Part shown: piece by piece, positions 57,734-64,000 of the stretch
Layout of the letters: the number at the start of each line of letters is the position of its first letter
Numbering within the stretch: the stretch's first letter is position 1
IMG/VR virus record: IMGVR_UViG_3300030000_000409
Location: 10,284 to 74,283 of that record
Source of the DNA: a virus
Lineage: Duplodnaviria; Heunggongvirae; Uroviricota; Caudoviricetes
Length of the DNA stretch: 64,000 bases
Reading direction: 5' to 3' (one strand)
Made by a program: the position numbers and the translations under genes
The notes under the pieces: generated by a model
Database searches by the model: none
What the model was told of the DNA's origin: nothing
The model's input: the letters and a program-made list of their open reading frames with translations, nothing else

Positions 57734-58654
57734 ATGGAAGAACAGTATCTAGCTTTACTAAAAGATGTAAATGAAAACGGAGAAGATAGGAATGATAGAA
57801 CTGGAGTAGGTACACGTTCTTTATTCGGTCGTCAGATTAGGGGAGACATCTCTAAATATTTCCCACTCATGACATCAAAATTTACTGCATTTCGCCCCAT
57901 CCTCGGTGAAGCACTTTGGTTTATCGAAGGAAGCAGTGATGAACGTCGTCTTGCAGAAATTACATACGGAACACGAGATGAATCTCGTACAACGATTTGG
58001 ACACCAAATGCAAATGCACCATATTGGAAACCTAAAGCAAGGTACAATGGTCACTTAGGTGATGTCTACGGTGTGCAGTGGCGACATTGGAAACATACCA
58101 CATTTATCAGTGCTTCTGATTCGCTATCACATGAAGGTGGTGGGATGACATACTTTGGTGCAAAGGTACTAATCGAAGAACACGATCAGATTAAAAAGAT
58201 CATTGAAACGATTAAGACAAATCCAACAGATCGCCGAATGGTTCTAACAGCATTCAATGTTGGTGAATTGGACAATATGGCACTTCCACCTTGCCATATG
58301 TTTGCGAACTTTAATGTGAGTTCGAAGGGAAAATTAAACTGTTTGGTTTATATGAGGTCAGTGGACACGGCACTTGGATTGCCATTCAACATTGCATCGT
58401 ATTCACTAATAACGCACATGATTGCACAAGTAACAAATTTAGAAGTTGGTGAATTAATTATGTCATTGGGGGATACTCACATTTACAAAAATCATCTTGA
58501 TGGTGTAAATGAGATGCTTACTAGAACTCCATTTGAACCACCAGTATTAAAAATTAATCCTGAGGTAACTGATATTGATGATTTCAAAATGAGTGATTTT
58601 GAAATCGTTGGATATAAATACCATCCAAAAATTAAATTTGATATGGCAGTCTGA
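57734..58654 (+). CDS. td: thymidylate synthase
   Basis: RTGVGTRSLFG, PLMTSKF, ALPPCHMFANFNV (catalytic Cys), YMRSVDTALGLPFNIASYSL, SLGDTHIYKNH. The ORF is continuous, so no intron. Confidence 0.9.
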   Translation: MEEQYLALLKDVNENGEDRNDRTGVGTRSLFGRQIRGDISKYFPLMTSKFTAFRPILGEALWFIEGSSDERRLAEITYGTRDESRTTIWTPNANAPYWKPKARYNGHLGDVYGVQWRHWKHTTFISASDSLSHEGGGMTYFGAKVLIEEHDQIKKIIETIKTNPTDRRMVLTAFNVGELDNMALPPCHMFANFNVSSKGKLNCLVYMRSVDTALGLPFNIASYSLITHMIAQVTNLEVGELIMSLGDTHIYKNHLDGVNEMLTRTPFEPPVLKINPEVTDIDDFKMSDFEIVGYKYHPKIKFDMAV

Positions 58655-58674
58655 TTTACCACCGTGTCATCTCC

Positions 58675-58682
58675 TATAAATA
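58675..58682 (+). promoter_or_regulatory. T4-type late promoter TATAAATA
   Basis: TATAAATA then AAAGGAG RBS, then the ATG at 58703. Confidence 0.45.
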
Positions 58683-58702
58683 AACTTAAAGGAGATGACA
58701 AT

Positions 58703-59500
58703 ATGCTAATTTATAAAATCACAAACTTGATCAATAATAAAATTTATATAGGGAAACATAACAGAAATGATTTAGGATATTATTTTGGATCTGGAACTCT
58801 ATTAAAACGTGCAATTAAAAAGTATGGTAAAGAAAATTTTAAAATAGAAATATTAGAGAAAAATATACTTACTGAAGATGAATGTAGCATTGCAGAAAAA
58901 CATTATATCAGTGAATTAAATTCTTTAGATAAGACTGTCGGTTATAATATTGCTATTGGTGGAGAAGGAGGAGATACTTTTTCTAATAATCCAAACAAAG
59001 AAAGTATAAGAAAGAAAATAAGTGATAAAGGAAAATTAATACAACCTTTAATTCAATCTTCTGATATAGTGAGGGACAAAAAACGACAAACCTCTTACGC
59101 TAACAACATAAATGTTGGAAGGACTCATGATCATGAAACTAGAAAAAGATGTGCTTCAAATTCTAATCCATCAGAACAGACTAAAAATAAAATTAGAGAA
59201 AGTAATAAACGTGGTAATGGGATAAGTTTAACAGGTAAAGTAGTAAGAAATAAATGTAAAACTGTTTCAATTCCAAAAAGACATATTACAGATGAACATA
59301 GAAACAATTTATCAAAAAGTCTTAAAAATTTCTGGGATAAAAATGTTCCAACAAATGCAGTTAAAGTTAGTATTGAAGGTAAAGAATATGATTCTTTACA
59401 GGAAGCATCTTTGACACTTAATATAAATCTAAGTACACTTAGAAATAGACTTAAATCAAAAAACCCGCTTTTTCTATCTTGGTTTAGAAAAAGCACATAA
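58703..59500 (+). CDS. free-standing GIY-YIG homing endonuclease immediately downstream of td
   Basis: MLIYKITNLINNKIYIGKHN...GYYFGSG (GIY-YIG), ..GYNIAIGGEGG, and C-terminal NUMOD-like repeats. Start set at the ATG with RBS; the ORF track's GTG at 58664 is upstream of it. Confidence 0.7.
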   Translation: MLIYKITNLINNKIYIGKHNRNDLGYYFGSGTLLKRAIKKYGKENFKIEILEKNILTEDECSIAEKHYISELNSLDKTVGYNIAIGGEGGDTFSNNPNKESIRKKISDKGKLIQPLIQSSDIVRDKKRQTSYANNINVGRTHDHETRKRCASNSNPSEQTKNKIRESNKRGNGISLTGKVVRNKCKTVSIPKRHITDEHRNNLSKSLKNFWDKNVPTNAVKVSIEGKEYDSLQEASLTLNINLSTLRNRLKSKNPLFLSWFRKST

Positions 59501-60298
59501 TTAAAGGAGATATGGCAGTATGACACACACAGATATTTTTTACCCCAAAGATGCTTTCTCAGAAGAAATGCTCCAATCCATACCTAAAAAGGTATGTGCT
59601 TGGTTGCTAAATATTGGATATGAATTAGATGAACCCGGCGAATATTCTAATTTGTCTTGGTCTTTTGGAATAGACAATGGATATATCACATTTGAAGATG
59701 AAGAAAGAAATATCCAAATATCATGGAATAACAACGATGAAGGTGAATTAGATGCAATCTATTCTAATAGTGAAAAATTGGAAATGGTTGCTAGTGAACT
59801 TGATTTCTTTGCTAGATTAGAAGAAGACATTTATGCCATTCTTGAACTTTGTGAAGATGATGAAGACCGATAATGAAATCTTTAGGCACTTTAGACCGGT
59901 ATATTATGATAAATCTAAGCACGTAATTCTTCCTGAGACGTGTGGCGGTGTATCATTTCTGTTATCACCAATCGAACAGAGCAAATATGAATATTGGGTT
60001 TATATTTGCCCTCTTAAAATATCATTTTCGTCTAAGCAAGCAATTTCTACACTCCGAAAAGTTAAAGAAGATATTGATCCATGGGGATCAATAATAATGG
60101 ACGGTAGAAAAATCATCGATCTACTATTGGAAGATTGTAGGTTTAGAGAATTTTTGTTTCCAACCAGCATAAATAATCTGATTGAAGATATTTCAGACTC
60201 GGCACTTCGTGCACAGACACTATTTGAATCACGTGTAAATCAAGTAAGAGACGCAAGCAAATACTATAAATAATCCATATTAGCATTATGGGTATAGT

Positions 60299-61996
60299 AT
60301 GAAATTCTTACAAATTCTGAATGAAGCAAGTACACTTCAAGTAAGCGATCTAAAAAAGGTTATCACAAAAGACAAAAAAGTGTCTATGATTCTGTCAAAG
60401 GATGTTAAGCTAGAAGACATCACCGATAAAGAAGGGTTTCTTTCTACCTTAAAGTTCTACATATTCAATAATGAAAATGTAAGAATGTTTGTTAAGTCTC
60501 GTCATGATATTAAAGACGTCAATAAATTTGAATTTGATGATTTAAAAAAGAAACGAGCTTCAGATCTCACTCAGAGTGATTTAGATATTATAGGAGACTT
60601 CCTTAGAGTTTTATTTAAGGAACACACATCTGTATCTAAAAATACTTTATCTCCTGACGCTAAGAGAGAACTTAGGGATTGGGTCAATGGCGATAATCGT
60701 TATCATGCTTTATCTGGATGGGCAATAAAAGAATTGCAATCTGTTCCAGGGTTAAAACCTTCTAAGAGAATTTTGGTTTATAGAGGGTTGTTGTTTTCTG
60801 AATCAAGTCTAAAAATATCAAAATCTTATGATGGTACTTTGGAAGTTGGTCAAGGTCAGAAGTTCCTAAAATCAATCAAAGATGGTAGTCGTGAAGTAGA
60901 TTTGTCTTGGGAAAGACCATCAAGTTGGACAACAAGTAAAGAAATTGCTGAACGGTTTGCACAATACGGACCAGCATCATCTCAAAACGGTGCAATGATG
61001 CAATGGCTTGGAAGAATGTCTAGTAAGAAAGCTATTGATGGTGCTTTGGGATATGTCATATCTACATTTGTTAATCCAGAAGATGTGATAATCGATTTTT
61101 CTAAAATTGCATTATCAGGTGCTAAGCATGGAGATGAAGGTGAAGTGATTATAAAAGCTGGCACTATTAAGGCACGAATTGTTAAAAAATACACAGTTGA
61201 AGGTGAAGTTGATCCAGACGAAAAGGCAGCTGACACATCAAAAGTTACAGAGACATTTGATGCTCTAACAAAATTTGTATCTGAGAATGGTTTACCGTCT
61301 GACTTGGCAGCTATTAAATCTACTATGTCAAAGACTAGAGATATTTATGGATCAAATGCTAGTGCACTTTGTTCTTATCCGGATTTGATTGTTCCGTTGA
61401 TGAAAAATTCTACTACAACAACTGTGATTCATTTGATGGATAAGTATATCGATTTCTTCAATAGTACTTTTAAAAATGTCACCAAAGACGATTTAAAAAT
61501 TGATAAATATATGAGTACTGATGAAGAGTTTGTAAAGAAACTTCAAGCTTTATCAACAGTTTATTCTACCTTTACTGGTACTGTCACTCATTCAAAATTT
61601 GTCGGTGCTGACAATCAAAAGGGTAAAGGACAAATAAACAAATTATCTGCTGAAGAATTTAGAGCAACAATTTCCTCATCCGATCTTGCTGGCATGCAGA
61701 ATGAATATTTGAAATTAGGATACTTTAAAGATGAAAGTAGAGAATTTATAAGTCTGGGTAACAGTCTAAAAATAGAAATACCATCATCATTTAAAGTGAT
61801 GGGAGCAGCAAAACAAAAACCTTACATTGATGAAGTCATCAATGCATTTTTTGAAAAATATTCTATTGAGTCACCTGGTGATTCATTAGAAAAATTTAAA
61901 TCATTAATCAACTTACTAAGAAAAGCATATAGAAATTATTCGATGATAGACACTTTAAGTGACACTATTGGAGAATTAATGCAATTTCAAATTTAA
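60299..61996 (+). CDS. large MKFLQILNE-family protein; possible Alt-like ADP-ribosyltransferase (R / S-T-S / E-x-E candidates)
   Basis: N-terminus MKFLQILNE belongs to the same family as MKLHELFE. Has ILVYRG (aromatic-Arg), SWTTS, and GDEGEVIIK resembling an E-x-E-[VI]-[IL] ARTT motif. Confidence 0.3.
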   Translation: MKFLQILNEASTLQVSDLKKVITKDKKVSMILSKDVKLEDITDKEGFLSTLKFYIFNNENVRMFVKSRHDIKDVNKFEFDDLKKKRASDLTQSDLDIIGDFLRVLFKEHTSVSKNTLSPDAKRELRDWVNGDNRYHALSGWAIKELQSVPGLKPSKRILVYRGLLFSESSLKISKSYDGTLEVGQGQKFLKSIKDGSREVDLSWERPSSWTTSKEIAERFAQYGPASSQNGAMMQWLGRMSSKKAIDGALGYVISTFVNPEDVIIDFSKIALSGAKHGDEGEVIIKAGTIKARIVKKYTVEGEVDPDEKAADTSKVTETFDALTKFVSENGLPSDLAAIKSTMSKTRDIYGSNASALCSYPDLIVPLMKNSTTTTVIHLMDKYIDFFNSTFKNVTKDDLKIDKYMSTDEEFVKKLQALSTVYSTFTGTVTHSKFVGADNQKGKGQINKLSAEEFRATISSSDLAGMQNEYLKLGYFKDESREFISLGNSLKIEIPSSFKVMGAAKQKPYIDEVINAFFEKYSIESPGDSLEKFKSLINLLRKAYRNYSMIDTLSDTIGELMQFQI

Positions 61997-62009
61997 TCAG
62001 AGGTAGTAT

Positions 62010-63089
62010 ATGAATATGTCTCAGGCAGAGGTGCGCGAATTTTCCAATAAAATAGCATCCTACGTTTTCTCAAAATTTATTTTGGTTGAAATGACAAATA
62101 ATAGGGGCAAGAATTTTAAATCAACAAAAGTATATCAGTTGAGATTCAAACCTTCAACAGATCATCTTAACATTCCTATTACACGAGACAGAATTGCTGA
62201 AGCACTATATGATGTATTTGGTGCTTCAGATATTCAGATAAACTTAAACTCAATAAATTCAAGCAAATATTCTAGCGTATCATTTAGAAAGGACGGTGTT
62301 GATTTTGATATCGTCTTTGCAGCTGGTGGGAACGTTGGTGAAAAACTAGAAAAGAAATTAGTAAATGATTTGAGAAATTTAGTAAAAGGCAAGCCTTCAT
62401 CTCAAATGGCAGTTGATGCCCTTAGTGCGCTTAATGAAATTCATCATGATATAACCAGTGATACTATTGAAGAGGTAATTCCTAGAGTAGGAATTACTAA
62501 ACGCAGCAGAACAACATCACCAGAAGAAAGTGGTAAAATAATTGCAGACTTTTTTATCAAATTAAAATCTGGAAAAGTTTACAACATTTCACTTAAGGCA
62601 GCAAATGGAAAAACTGTTGCTAGTTTCGGATTAGATAATGCATTCAATTCAGATTTTACCGTCAACCAATATTCACGTCACTGGATTGATTGGGTTGAAC
62701 CATTCAACCTTGATATCGACACAATAACAAAAGGCTTAAATGATTATGGTAATGTATCTGATGATGGTGGAATAGTAACACATCTTCCTACTAACTGTAA
62801 TATGACAGCTATCAAAAACATTATCAGACAGATGTGGGGATCAAATTACACATATCTCAAACAAACTGCTAGTGGGTTTGATTGTATGACAGTTGATGAA
62901 ACATTTTTAAACAAGGTTACAGATTATCTTCGTGTATCTAGAATTGTGTATCCATCTTGTGACCGTAAATCAACGACTATCATTCTTCACAATGATTTTA
63001 TTACTATGCGTATTGAACTTAGAGATGCAAAGGGAGGAATTAAACCTACTCAGATTCAGCTTCAGGTGTCTAAAACATCCAATAAATAA
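62010..63089 (+). CDS. hypothetical protein (359 aa)
   Basis: Long ORF with plausible start context; no confident motif. Confidence 0.35.
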   Translation: MNMSQAEVREFSNKIASYVFSKFILVEMTNNRGKNFKSTKVYQLRFKPSTDHLNIPITRDRIAEALYDVFGASDIQINLNSINSSKYSSVSFRKDGVDFDIVFAAGGNVGEKLEKKLVNDLRNLVKGKPSSQMAVDALSALNEIHHDITSDTIEEVIPRVGITKRSRTTSPEESGKIIADFFIKLKSGKVYNISLKAANGKTVASFGLDNAFNSDFTVNQYSRHWIDWVEPFNLDIDTITKGLNDYGNVSDDGGIVTHLPTNCNMTAIKNIIRQMWGSNYTYLKQTASGFDCMTVDETFLNKVTDYLRVSRIVYPSCDRKSTTIILHNDFITMRIELRDAKGGIKPTQIQLQVSKTSNK

Positions 63090-64000
63090 GATTAATCAAT
63101 AAATACTTTATTCGTCAACAACCTAAGGACAGGAGAAAATGCCAAAAACAGAAGAATACTTGCATCATCAACCACGTAAAGTTGAGAAGAAGAAACGCAA
63201 ACCTCAAAACTTTAATGAAGATTCTGATTCTAGAAAAACACGTATTAATTTCAAAAGTTACATTCGTGAGATTAGAGAACAAGAATTATTGGATGATGAA
63301 CTCTTTGACGACATGGATGATTAAGGATACACTAAATGTTAATAGTTCCCGTATATAAAGACATCATCGAAACATTAGATGGTGGAAAATATAGAGTAGT
63401 TGAATATACCAACTATAAAGAAGGTGGGCCAGCAGTCTATGCTAAATCATCTACCTCTAAAGAATTGGTATTGGTATACTTTTTTGATATTGCTTCAGTG
63501 AATGGAACTAAAGTTGAATTCCAACGCGGTAGTAAAATCTTTAAGGCATTAGGTAAGATCGAAAGACCTTTTCCTTTACCACAACCAGATGATAAATTGG
63601 TGGTGTTGAATAAACATTCATCAGCTGACCAAGAAGGAAAAGAAACCTGTACGGTTGACACCCTCAAATTGAAATCTAAAAATTTAGGAATCAATAAAGG
63701 ATTGTTCATCAAGGATACAGAAGGAAAATATTACAGGTTAAATCAGATTTTGGATATCGATCCATCCTTAGGTGGATATTCATTTGATAGAACTAAATTT
63801 TTATCATACTATAAAGACTATACTGGAGTTTAAAAAATGGGCAAAATGCTTGGAAATGATATTGTTACACAAGAAGAATTTGATGCATATAATGCGGAAC
63901 ATGTAAATGCTCATGGTGATATACAGACTGCTCTTAACGAGTTGAAACAATTATCAGAAAAAACTAACAAACGAATCGATAATGCAATTACTACAGCATC

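Noticed and set aside
57734-58654. Possible group I intron in td, as in T4
   Set aside because: The td ORF is continuous with all catalytic motifs in one frame. The homing endonuclease here is a separate downstream gene with its own late promoter and RBS.

Overview
This window reads as part of a T4-like (Straboviridae-type) lytic phage genome, AT-rich with densely packed co-oriented genes. It carries a cytosine-modification module (dCMP hydroxymethylase gp42-like, dNMP kinase gp1-like, DNA beta-glucosyltransferase, MazG-like NTP pyrophosphatase), plus frd, td, a DexA-like exonuclease and topoisomerase II subunits (gp39/60-like and gp52-like). Extended -10 early promoters (TGnTATAAT) and T4-type late promoters (TATAAATA) recur through the window. 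Accessory content is heavy. There is a long tail-fibre gene with a C-terminal S74 intramolecular-chaperone domain followed by three tandem paralogous tip/adhesin cassettes. A late-promoter cluster encodes proteins with T4 capsid-targeting-like N-termini: one Pol-beta-fold NTase plus members of a seven-member paralog family that may be Alt/Mod-like ADP-ribosyltransferases. GIY-YIG and HNH homing endonuclease genes are present, and a 151-aa mini-intein sits inside the P-loop of an ATPase that has an intein-free paralog. Other accessory genes include a secreted non-specific nuclease, an SPFH/prohibitin protein, a small alarmone hydrolase, two NUDIX hydrolases, a DinG/XPD-like FeS helicase and several signal-peptide or lipoprotein genes. 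Two items stand out as candidates for undescribed systems. (1) A self-contained unit of sigma70-like promoter, a ~350-nt RNA closed by a perfect 20-22 bp terminal stem, a Ro60/TROVE-vWA gene, then a terminator; this could be a phage Ro60 with a Y-RNA-like partner. (2) Inside the hmC/glucosylation operon, a CofD/YvcK-like transferase fused to a HAD phosphatase, a sugar-type NTP-transferase and a guanylate-kinase-like P-loop kinase; this could be a new DNA hypermodification pathway, possibly linked to the NodU-type carbamoyltransferase and methyltransferase at the window start.
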